Assembly (NCBI GenBank): GCA_018826075.1
Contig: JAHKAJ010000024.1
Location: 69,910-133,909 of the forward strand
DNA length: 64,000 bases
From: Candidatus Omnitrophota bacterium
GTDB lineage: Bacteria; Omnitrophota; Gorgyraeia; Duberdicusellales; 4484-171
Reading direction: 5' to 3'
In this document: positions 29,456-36,984 of the stretch, piece after piece
Layout: every line of letters starts with the position of its first letter
How positions within the stretch are numbered: the stretch's first letter is position 1
Made by a program: the position numbers and the translations under genes
The notes under the pieces: model-generated
Databases searched by the model: none
What the model was told of the DNA's origin: nothing
The model's input: the letters and a program-made list of their open reading frames with translations, nothing else

Positions 29456-29605
29456 ATGTCTAAAGCTGAAGATAAGAGAAAAAACTGCTTAAGTTGTAAC
29501 AAGTCGTTAAAGCGTTTTCAATGGTATTACCGTAATAACGGTTATTTTTGTAACAAAACCTGTTTTAGCGCCCACCTTAAGAAGCAACAAGAAGCTTCTA
29601 AATAA
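29456..29605 (+). CDS. small zinc-ribbon protein (49 aa), not in the ORF track
   Basis: ATG 3 nt after the PilZ stop. The CLSC...FCNKTC motif is a CxxC...CxxxC pattern. Sits between two PilZ genes. Coordinates are approximate. Confidence 0.4.
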   Translation: MSKAEDKRKNCLSCNKSLKRFQWYYRNNGYFCNKTCFSAHLKKQQEASK

Positions 29606-29611
29606 TCCTAA

Positions 29612-29962
29612 ATGAACGAGCGACGCAAAGAACCGCGAATCGACAAAATTATTTCCGTTAAATTGTCAGACTCGGAGTTTGACATCTTGACTGAAACAAA
29701 GAACATTTCTGCTAGCGGCGCCTATTGTCCAGTTTCTAAACCGATTCAGCCGATGACTAAATTACGCCTGGTACTTTTGCTGCCGGTTAAGAAAAACCGT
29801 TCTACCCAGATAAAAAAAATATCCTGCGAAGGTGTAGTGGTGCGGCTTGAAAATATTAACGATAACGCTAAATACCCTTACCGGGCCGGAATATTTTTTA
29901 GCACTCTCAGTGATGCCGACAAAAAGTCCCTGCGTTGCTACATACAGTCTTCATTAAAATAG
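29612..29962 (+). CDS. PilZ-domain protein
   Basis: RRKEPRI motif and PilZ-like length and composition. Confidence 0.65.
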   Translation: MNERRKEPRIDKIISVKLSDSEFDILTETKNISASGAYCPVSKPIQPMTKLRLVLLLPVKKNRSTQIKKISCEGVVVRLENINDNAKYPYRAGIFFSTLSDADKKSLRCYIQSSLK

Positions 29963-29974
29963 GCTATCTAGCCG

Positions 29975-30511
29975 ATGCTTGAACTTCAATTTCCCAAACC
30001 AGTAAAATTTATCTGCGGTTTTATCTATTCCGACCAAATGTCCTATCAACAAGTCAAAAAAACTCTGGAACGAAAGTTCGCTAAGGTTGATTCTGAGAGC
30101 CAGGAAATCCCATTCAATTATACTGATTATTACCAAAAAGAAATGGGGAGTGGTTTGATCCGCCGGTTTATCTCTTTTAGCCGCCTGCGGCAGTCGCAAG
30201 ACCTGGTAAAGTTTAAATTATTGTGCCTGAAATTAGAAAGGCGGTTTGCTCCTGATCGTAAACGGATAGTGAATATCGATCCAGGATATCTTAATGAGGC
30301 TAAACTGGTCTTAGCCACCACTAAAGACTTTTCTCACCGCCTGTATCTTGATAAAGGGGTCTATGCTGAAGTGACCTTACAATTTAAAGCAGGTGCTTAT
30401 TCTGATTTAGCTACGACCTTCCCGGATTATCGGACTAAAGAATACAAAAATATATTTATGTCTATCCGATCAATATACCGCCAGGATCTAAAAAAGAACC
30501 GTGGAAAATAA
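29975..30511 (+). CDS. hypothetical protein (DUF4416-like)
   Basis: 178-aa conserved-looking ORF. Overlaps the start of the downstream radical-SAM gene. Confidence 0.35.
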   Translation: MLELQFPKPVKFICGFIYSDQMSYQQVKKTLERKFAKVDSESQEIPFNYTDYYQKEMGSGLIRRFISFSRLRQSQDLVKFKLLCLKLERRFAPDRKRIVNIDPGYLNEAKLVLATTKDFSHRLYLDKGVYAEVTLQFKAGAYSDLATTFPDYRTKEYKNIFMSIRSIYRQDLKKNRGK

Positions 30512-31436
30512 ACCAGCTAAGATAAAATCGATCATCAACCTTCTCAGCCAACGCCTTGAATGTTGTGATATCTGTCCGCGTAATTGCCGTCTCAACCGCT
30601 TAAAAGGTGAAATTGGCTATTGTGGAGGAGGTAAAGACCTAATGGTTTTTACTGCCTTTTTACACTGTGGGGAGGAGCCGGCGATCAGCGGCCCAGGCGG
30701 TTCAGGCACAATATTCTTTTCAGGCTGTAATCTAAAGTGCCTTTATTGCCAAAATTATGAGTTTTCCCAGTTAAAAAAAGGCAAACCAACCAGCCCTGAA
30801 GGGTTGGCTAAAATAATGCTTGGTTTGCAGAAAGATGGCGCCGACAATATAAACCTGGTTACGCCAACTCATTTTCTTCCCCAGATACTGGGGGCCTTAA
30901 GCTTAGCCATAAAAGGCGGTTTGACAATCCCGATCGTCTATAATACTTCGGGTTACGAAAAAAAGAAGGTCATCGAACAATTAGCAGGAATCATCGATAT
31001 ATATTTAACAGATTTACGTTATCTAAATCCGGCTTTAGCCAAAAAATATTCCTCAGCCCAAGACTATCCTCAGGTAGCTTGCGAAAGCATTAAAGAGATG
31101 TATCGTCAATGCCCTGATCCGGAATGGGATGCTGATATGCTTAAAAAAGGCCTGATCATCCGTCATCTGGCCCTTCCGGGGTATCTTCAGGAATCGAAGA
31201 ACATCTTAACCTGGATTAAAGAAAATACCCCTAAGGCTTTGCCCAGCGTCCTATCTCAATACCAGCCTTATTTTAAAGCCAATGATTTTCCGGAAATAAA
31301 CCGCCGGCTTAGCAAAGCCGAATACACTGAAATTAAAAAGCTAGTAGAGGAGTTAGAGATCGATGGGGGTTGGATGCAGGAATATAACTCCCGCGAAGAC
31401 CTGGCCGGTGTACATTTTAAGCCCGACTCTAAATAA
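30501..31436 (+). CDS. amrS: AmmeMemoRadiSam system radical SAM enzyme
   Basis: CNLKCLYC is a CX3CX2C motif. An N-terminal Cys-rich stretch (CDICPRNC...GYCG) is typical of this family. Confidence 0.7.
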   Translation: MENKPAKIKSIINLLSQRLECCDICPRNCRLNRLKGEIGYCGGGKDLMVFTAFLHCGEEPAISGPGGSGTIFFSGCNLKCLYCQNYEFSQLKKGKPTSPEGLAKIMLGLQKDGADNINLVTPTHFLPQILGALSLAIKGGLTIPIVYNTSGYEKKKVIEQLAGIIDIYLTDLRYLNPALAKKYSSAQDYPQVACESIKEMYRQCPDPEWDADMLKKGLIIRHLALPGYLQESKNILTWIKENTPKALPSVLSQYQPYFKANDFPEINRRLSKAEYTEIKKLVEELEIDGGWMQEYNSREDLAGVHFKPDSK

Positions 31437-31523
31437 TTTCTGTGTTTTTTAGTGGTTTTTTGTATACTTGAAAATATTTTAGTTTCTGGTATAATGTTTT
31501 TGAGGTTAAAAAGGAGCTAAAAT

Positions 31524-31739
31524 ATGGCAAAAAAAATCAGTAAAAAAGGGAGGCCCAAAAAGGCCGTAAAATACACCAAAACCATCAATGTCCGCCTGAC
31601 CCATGACCAATGGGTTCAGATCCTTAATTGGGCCCAGCGGGCTAACCTGGAACCTTCAGTATATATCCGCAAGATAGTCCTGGACTTCCTTAATATCGAG
31701 CACGAGATCAATACCGGAAAATCTCTGGCTAAAAAGTAA
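31524..31739 (+). CDS. ribbon-helix-helix (CopG-like) DNA-binding protein with an N-terminal AT-hook-like KKGRPKK motif
   Basis: 71 aa. Basic N-terminus with a GRP core. A beta-strand (TINVRLT) followed by helices, consistent with an RHH fold. Stand-alone gene with its own promoter-like upstream region and a terminator. Confidence 0.45.
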   Translation: MAKKISKKGRPKKAVKYTKTINVRLTHDQWVQILNWAQRANLEPSVYIRKIVLDFLNIEHEINTGKSLAKK

Positions 31740-31756
31740 ACCAAAAGTTTGAACTG

Positions 31757-31790
31757 AGAAGGGCTTAAATACCTATTCTAAGCCCTTTGG
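31757..31790 (+). terminator. terminator-like hairpin after the RHH gene
   Basis: AAGGGCTTA-(11 nt)-TAAGCCCTT followed by TTGG. Confidence 0.3.
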
Positions 31791-31966
31791 TTCACTGCAT
31801 ACCTTACTTCCGATAATATATCTTATGTTAACTTTTATAAATGAGTGATTCTGCCCCTTTGTTTAATAACGCCAAGGGTTTTTAGGGTTTTAACAAAAAG
31901 CTGTGAATTGGCCTGTAGGTACTTACTTCTTCGGGGGTTTTGTATAGTATTCTTACTTTGAACAGC

Positions 31967-32050
31967 GGTTTACTTCAACCGTACTTCATCACCTACGAGG
32001 AGTCCGCTGACTCCTATCTTACGGCGGCCACCTCGTAGGTGTTACATTTT
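31967..32050. repeat. palindromic repeat element, copy 1 (novel ~75-85-bp family)
   Basis: TTTACTTCAACC-(9 nt)-CACCTACGAGG-AGTCCGCTG...ACGGCGG-CCACCTCGTAGGTG-TTACATTTTA. An 11-bp perfect inverted repeat flanks a ~30-nt sub-palindromic interior. Homologous to copies at 39265, 60546 and 59226. Confidence 0.6.
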
Positions 32051-32189
32051 AGGGGGTTATTTGACCCATATAGGCCATTTCTAGGCTTAAGAAGGCTTGG
32101 GGCTTAAGAATTAGGGCAAGAATGGCAATGATAGCGATGATTATAATCAGTTCAATCAGAGTGAATGTCCGGCAGCGTGTTTTCTTCAT
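32049..32189 (-). CDS. 46-aa prepilin-type N-terminal mini-ORF (MKKTRCRTFTLIELIIIIAIIAILALILKP...). Possible truncated pilin or pseudogene. Not in the ORF track.
   Basis: Hand translation of the minus strand. Classic type IV prepilin leader plus F(+1)TLIEL hydrophobic helix. ATG directly abuts the stop of the upstream pilin gene (TAG-ATG). Its stop codon lies at the edge of repeat copy 1. Confidence 0.4.
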   Translation of the reverse strand: MKKTRCRTFTLIELIIIIAIIAILALILKPQAFLSLEMAYMGQITP

Positions 32190-32828
32190 CTATTGTACGC
32201 AATCGATAATTTGTAATAGGGCATCTGGTTTCAAAGGGTCGCCTGAAAAATCATACGGCCCCCAGATATTACCGCTAGATAGGTTACCGTCATCTAACGC
32301 AAAGTCAATTTTTTTCAGGGATTCATAGGGAATTTGACCGGCATTATTCATTAAAGCAGTCATAGCGCCTGGCCAGCAAAAACTTCCATCAGGAAGAATC
32401 CAAGTAGTATACCCCCAATTATAGCCTTTAGTTGGGTACCAAGACACATAATTATTGTCCCAAGGGTTTTTAGCTGGCCATGTCTCTAAATAAGGGCCAT
32501 CCCATGTCGGGCCGTCAATACAGTTTGCACAGGTTTGGGTTCCACCATTTAAATTCCAGAGTTCATCCGGCCAACAGGTAGTTGCGGTTATCGGGGCCAC
32601 AAAACCAGGATCTTTACCCCAGCCACCGACTTTATTACAGGGAAATCTTCGGTTGTCGGCATAATAAGTTAAAGCAGCAGTTTTAATCGCTTTCATATCC
32701 CCTATTGCTTTAGTGATTTTTGCTTTCTCGATAGCTCTGAAAGCATTAGGTGCGATGATGGCGGCAAGGATAGCGATGATAGCGATGACAACGATTAGCT
32801 CGATTAAAGTGAATGATTTTTTCATCAC
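32190..32828 (-). CDS. type IV pilin-like / pseudopilin protein (prepilin-type N-terminal cleavage/methylation domain)
   Basis: MMKKSFTLIELIVVIAIIAILAAI, a prepilin leader with Glu at +5. Cys-containing C-terminal domain. Confidence 0.75.
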   Translation of the reverse strand: MMKKSFTLIELIVVIAIIAILAAIIAPNAFRAIEKAKITKAIGDMKAIKTAALTYYADNRRFPCNKVGGWGKDPGFVAPITATTCWPDELWNLNGGTQTCANCIDGPTWDGPYLETWPAKNPWDNNYVSWYPTKGYNWGYTTWILPDGSFCWPGAMTALMNNAGQIPYESLKKIDFALDDGNLSSGNIWGPYDFSGDPLKPDALLQIIDCVQ

Positions 32829-32834
32829 AATGTA

Positions 32835-33539
32835 TTATAGCAGATTTTTAAGATAATGCTTGCGTTTTTTTTCCGGGAAGCGTTCGATGGCGTATCGAAG
32901 CATGGTCCGGGGCATGGTTGAGGAGTATTTTTTCAAAAATCGCTCCTCTACCGCTAAATTTCGCTTACCGACCTCCCTAAGCATCCAGCCGCAGGCTTTA
33001 TGGATTAGGTCCTCCTCGTCATTAATCAAAATAGCGGCAAGCTTTAGAGTGTCTCTAAAATCATTATTCCTTATAAAGCAAAAGGTTGAAACAATGGCGA
33101 TTCTCCTCTGCCATAAGTTTTTGGATTTGGCCAATTGGTATAGTATTGACCGATTTCTGTTATTAAGGTAAGCTCCAATAATTTTAGGGGCAGTTAAATC
33201 AACCAGATCCCAGTTATTCACCCGATCAATATGCGTTAAATAAAAATCAAAGATTTGGTTTTGGCCTTTTTTGTCTACTTTAGCGTATTTTAAAGTCAGG
33301 ATTATCAGCGCCAAAAGGCGTTCTTCATGAATTTGAGATTTGAGCAGTTTTTTAACTTGGTTAAGCGGTAGTTTCTGGTATTGAACGGCTATTCTGCGGA
33401 TCTGCGGAACCGCCACCCCGATAAAAATATCGCCTTCAGCATATTGACCGGGCCCGGCTTTAAAAAAGCTTGATAAAACTTTGGCTTTCAGTTGGTTTTT
33501 ATGTCGATGAAGCGATTGTTTGGCCTGAAATAAATCCAT
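32835..33539 (-). CDS. DNA alkylation repair enzyme (AlkD-like HEAT-repeat family)
   Basis: Length, helical repeat character and the C-terminal KACGWMLREVGK motif fit the DNA alkylation repair family. Confidence 0.65.
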   Translation of the reverse strand: MDLFQAKQSLHRHKNQLKAKVLSSFFKAGPGQYAEGDIFIGVAVPQIRRIAVQYQKLPLNQVKKLLKSQIHEERLLALIILTLKYAKVDKKGQNQIFDFYLTHIDRVNNWDLVDLTAPKIIGAYLNNRNRSILYQLAKSKNLWQRRIAIVSTFCFIRNNDFRDTLKLAAILINDEEDLIHKACGWMLREVGKRNLAVEERFLKKYSSTMPRTMLRYAIERFPEKKRKHYLKNLL

Positions 33540-33587
33540 GCGGAAAGTCAGCCCCTGGGGCCTTTTTTAGGCACAAGGGGCTATGAT

Positions 33588-33788
33588 TTATATTCTTTTT
33601 TTAATCAGGTTGCGGATATCTCTTGGTGTTTTGGCAATAGTTATTCCAGTCCGGCGTAAAGCTTTTAACATCCGTTCGTAAACCTGGAATAAAGTCTTGC
33701 CTTCAGTAAGGTGATTAAGACACAAGGCTGCGTAACCTTTGCGGTTTTTGATCTTAAAAATCCTTATTTTCTGGGCACCAATTTTCAT
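33588..33788 (-). CDS. hypothetical small basic protein
   Basis: 66-aa ORF with no family assignment. Confidence 0.3.
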   Translation of the reverse strand: MKIGAQKIRIFKIKNRKGYAALCLNHLTEGKTLFQVYERMLKALRRTGITIAKTPRDIRNLIKKRI

Positions 33789-33805
33789 TACTTACCCCCC
33801 ACTGC

Positions 33806-34096
33806 CTATTTGTCTTGAGGTGGCATCATCGGCCTTTGGCCTTGCTGCTGTGGCATCATCATTCGTTTTTGCGACTGTTTTTTAAACCGGCAAGATTTAC
33901 CGGTAGTGGTTCTGTAAGCAGTGAGTGCGATTATGGCTACAACGGCTACCCACATCAACATAGCTAAAATCCTACCGAATTTTTTTAGCCCTTCGCTATC
34001 AGCCTTAGAAGCACCCAACAGTACAAAGAAACTTAAAACCAAAAGCATCAAAATTTTCTTAAGGATCATAAAAATCCCCATGCTCATTCCACCCAT
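33806..34096 (-). CDS. hypothetical small membrane protein with a Met/Pro/Gln-rich C-terminus
   Basis: Two predicted TM helices. Tail MMMPQQQGQRPMMPPQDK. Confidence 0.35.
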   Translation of the reverse strand: MGGMSMGIFMILKKILMLLVLSFFVLLGASKADSEGLKKFGRILAMLMWVAVVAIIALTAYRTTTGKSCRFKKQSQKRMMMPQQQGQRPMMPPQDK

Positions 34097-34164
34097 AGCC
34101 TCCCTCCTTTTTTAAACTCCGCCGTTTGGCGAACAATTTAATTTTAACGCTATAAACAGCCCTG

Positions 34165-35346
34165 TCAAGCCTCAAAACCGTTAAATTTTGAGCCGGCCCG
34201 GTAGATAGCGGTTTCTCCAAACTTATCTTTTATCCAATCGGTAGTTTTATCCACCCTTTGTTTTCGTTTATCTTTTTCTTCAGAAAAAAAGCTGTCCTTA
34301 AAATCAGCGTCTAAGCAATTGGAACCTTTGATTCCCAAAAGCCGTATCGGCTGTCGGCCAGGGTTAAAATCCAAATAGAGTTTTTTTACGGTTTGATAGA
34401 TAATACTGGTAGAATTGCTTGCAGCGATCAGGCTTTGAGAACGGCTGTAAGTCTTAAAATCAGCCAGGCGTATTTTTAAAGCGATGGTTTTTACCTTTAG
34501 ATTTTCCTGGCGTAATCTACGGGATACTTTTTCTGAAAGGCCGAGTAAAGTCCCTAAAAGAAGTTCTCTATCTTTGGTATCCTCCTGAAAGGTAACTTCG
34601 TTACTGACTGATTTTATTTTTTGGTTTTCAACAACTGGCCGTTGGTCACAGCCGTTAGCCAATTCCCACCAGTTTAGGCCGATTTTTCCGAATTTTCGAA
34701 CCAGATCCTCGGGATTTTTTACGGCCAAATCACCAATTGTTTTTATGCCCTCGGCTTTAAGCAAGCTTGCACTTTTTTGACCTAGCCCTGAGATTCTCTC
34801 AATCTCCAGGGGATAGATAAAATCTAACAACTGATTTTTACTGACAATGACTAAACCATCGGGTTTTTTAAGCTCAGAAGCGATCTTGGCTGCCATTTTA
34901 TTAGGGGCGCAGCCTATTGAAGCTGTCAGCCGCAGTTCTTTTTTTATTTGTTCTTTGAGGCGTAAGCAGGTTTTTTCGACTCCGCCAAAAAGATGCAAAC
35001 TAGCACTGATATCTAAAAAAGCTTCGTCGATGCCGACTGGTTCGACTTGAGGTGTAAAGTTATCCAGAATTTCATACATTTTATCGGAAACCGCCTGGTA
35101 TTTTTCCATATCAACTGGCAGAAAAACTCCTTGAGGGCACTTCTTATAGGCTGCAGAGATTGCCAAGCCGGAACGAATGCCGAACTTTCTGGCTTCATAA
35201 GAGCAAGTTGAGACTACCCCCCGGCCCCTTCCCTTTTTTGGGTCAGCCCCGACAATTACCGGCCGGTTAACCAATCCAGGGTTATCTCTCTGCTCCACAG
35301 CCGCAAAAAAGGCATCCATATCCAAGTGAATGATCCAGGATTCCAT
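34165..35346 (-). CDS. dinB: DNA polymerase IV (Y-family)
   Basis: IHLDMDAFFAAVEQRDNP...RPVIVGGD-like N-terminus. HhH-containing thumb and little-finger domains. Confidence 0.85.
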   Translation of the reverse strand: MESWIIHLDMDAFFAAVEQRDNPGLVNRPVIVGADPKKGRGRGVVSTCSYEARKFGIRSGLAISAAYKKCPQGVFLPVDMEKYQAVSDKMYEILDNFTPQVEPVGIDEAFLDISASLHLFGGVEKTCLRLKEQIKKELRLTASIGCAPNKMAAKIASELKKPDGLVIVSKNQLLDFIYPLEIERISGLGQKSASLLKAEGIKTIGDLAVKNPEDLVRKFGKIGLNWWELANGCDQRPVVENQKIKSVSNEVTFQEDTKDRELLLGTLLGLSEKVSRRLRQENLKVKTIALKIRLADFKTYSRSQSLIAASNSTSIIYQTVKKLYLDFNPGRQPIRLLGIKGSNCLDADFKDSFFSEEKDKRKQRVDKTTDWIKDKFGETAIYRAGSKFNGFEA

Positions 35347-35457
35347 AATTTGAGGTTTTTTGGCCTATTTTAGCCATTATACTATAGAATCTATAATATA
35401 TAGTAACCGGGAGCTTCGACGCAAAATAGGCCTATTTTTATGCCAAATATAGCCATT

Positions 35458-36708
35458 TTAAGGGCTTTTTTCGGGATTAAACCGGGAAATCTGCCTGATT
35501 CGTTCTAAAACCGGTGGATGGCTATAATCCAGGAATACTTTTAAGTGGTGAGGGGTTAAATTAGAAAGATTGTTTACAGTCAGTTTTTTTAAAGCCAGGA
35601 TAAAAGCCTCAGGCTGATCATAGGTAGTTACTGAAAACCGGTCAGCTTCATATTCGTGCCGCCGGGAAAACAGGTTGCCGACTATGGAAAAAATAAAGCC
35701 TATCGGGGTATAAAGAAAACTGAAAAAAATAAGGCTGGCATAAACCGAAATTTGCTCCATCCTAAAAGCTTCAAACAGCCCCGGATTGTTAATAAAAAAA
35801 GAAAGCAGGTAAAACATCAGACCTTTAGTTAGGATCGAGTAGATAAAATTTTTCAGGATATGATTTTTTTTATAGTGGCCGACTTCATGAGCTAACACTG
35901 AGACTATTTCGCTGACACTGTGTTTTTGGATCAAAGTATCGTAAAGGGCGATCCGGCGGGACTTACCAAAGCCGCAAAAGAAAGCGTTAGCTTTGGTTGA
36001 ACGCCGTGATCCATCGATTTTATAAATCCCTTTTAAAGCAAACTTTTGCGAATCAGCATAACGGTTAACCGCATTTTTCAGTTCCCCGTCTTCCAAAGGC
36101 CTAAACTTGTTAAAAAGTGGCAAGATCAACAACGGATAGATAAAGGTGATCAGCCAGCTGAAAATAACCACTCCTAGCCAGCACCAGATCCAAGCTCCGG
36201 GCCCAAAACTGGCAAAAAGAACAATAATCGCATAAAAAGGAAGGCCGCCGATAATCACTAAAAGCAGCCAACTTTTAAGCTTATCGGCAATAAAAGTTTT
36301 AACCCGGGTTTGGTTAAACCCATATCTTTCTTCGATAACAAAAGTGCGGTACCAGGAAAAAGGTAACTCCAGAATTTGAGCGACAAAAATAATGATTCCG
36401 GCAAAAATCAATCCGGTTAACGCGAAATTTAAATTCAGGCTACGGGCGATCCGGTCAGCCAGGTTAAAACCTCCGATCAGAATAAAACCGACAACCGCTA
36501 AAGTAAAGACTGTTTCCTGAACCAGGTTGAATTTGGTATTTGTGGTAAGGTATCTTTGGGATTTACGGTAGCTTTCCGGTTGATAATAGCCTTTAAATTC
36601 TTCTGGCAGGTCAGGATCAAGCGCCCTAAGGTTAAGGATTTCAGCTAAAAACCTAAACAGGTAGTTAACGGCTAAAATAGTTAAAATCGCGATTAGATAT
36701 AGATTCAT
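35458..36708 (-). CDS. Ste24-type (CAAX prenyl protease-like) M48 family zinc metalloprotease, polytopic membrane protein
   Basis: About seven TM helices. HEVGHYKKNH (HExxH) and downstream E...NLSN motifs of M48A. Confidence 0.75.
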   Translation of the reverse strand: MNLYLIAILTILAVNYLFRFLAEILNLRALDPDLPEEFKGYYQPESYRKSQRYLTTNTKFNLVQETVFTLAVVGFILIGGFNLADRIARSLNLNFALTGLIFAGIIIFVAQILELPFSWYRTFVIEERYGFNQTRVKTFIADKLKSWLLLVIIGGLPFYAIIVLFASFGPGAWIWCWLGVVIFSWLITFIYPLLILPLFNKFRPLEDGELKNAVNRYADSQKFALKGIYKIDGSRRSTKANAFFCGFGKSRRIALYDTLIQKHSVSEIVSVLAHEVGHYKKNHILKNFIYSILTKGLMFYLLSFFINNPGLFEAFRMEQISVYASLIFFSFLYTPIGFIFSIVGNLFSRRHEYEADRFSVTTYDQPEAFILALKKLTVNNLSNLTPHHLKVFLDYSHPPVLERIRQISRFNPEKSP

Positions 36709-36740
36709 CAGTGGGATAGGCTTAAGTTAAAATTGGCAGG

Positions 36741-36766
36741 TAATAAAAAGGGCCGACAAGGGCCCA
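36741..36766 (-). terminator. intrinsic terminator forming the expression platform of the c-di-GMP riboswitch
   Basis: Minus strand GGGCC-CUUGUC-GGCCC followed by UUUUUAUU. It ends about 33 nt upstream of the ATG of the M48 gene. Confidence 0.5.
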
Positions 36767-36849
36767 CGGTATGTCAACCGGCAACTCAGCCGCCCTAATA
36801 GCCCTTAAGGGTTTTAATCCGTAAGTTGGGGGAGCCTGTTTTTCGAAAG

Positions 36850-36945
36850 ATTTTGGACTTTTAACCCCCGGAACTATCTTAGGCCTGTTACAGCTTTGCG
36901 TCCCCGCCTTTCGACGGGTTTGCCCTTATCGGCAATTAAAGTATA
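36850..36945 (-). promoter_or_regulatory. c-di-GMP-I (GEMM) riboswitch aptamer
   Basis: Minus-strand RNA AAGGGCAAACC-CGUC-GAAA-GGCGG-GGACGCAAAGC-UGUAACAGG-CCUAAG... matches the GEMM-I consensus (AGGGCAAACC, P1b hairpin with GNRA tetraloop, GGACGCAAAGC, GGCCUAA) nearly base-for-base. Compare the Vibrio Vc2 aptamer. Confidence 0.7.
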
Positions 36946-36984
36946 CCTTATTCAGGCTGCCAATTTCAAGTCTAAGTAACCAGT

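Noticed and set aside
31967-32050. Repeat elements as integron attC sites (same-orientation genes each followed by an imperfect palindrome)
   Set aside because: The ends do not match the RYYYAAC / GTTRRRY core sites. Copies are 7-30 kb apart among housekeeping genes. No intI or attI was found.
32122-32328. 68-aa plus-strand ORF (MAMIAMIIISS...)
   Set aside because: It is the antisense image of the Ile/Ala-rich prepilin helices of the pilin and mini-pilin genes on the minus strand.
36890-36925. Plus-strand motif UUCGACGGGUUUGCCC resembling the 5' region of tmRNA (GGAUUCGACGGGAUUUGCG)
   Set aside because: There is no GGGG acceptor start and no CCA-ending T-arm partner, and the ~270-nt region is too short. 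The match is the reverse complement of the GEMM riboswitch P1b hairpin on the minus strand, which explains the conservation.
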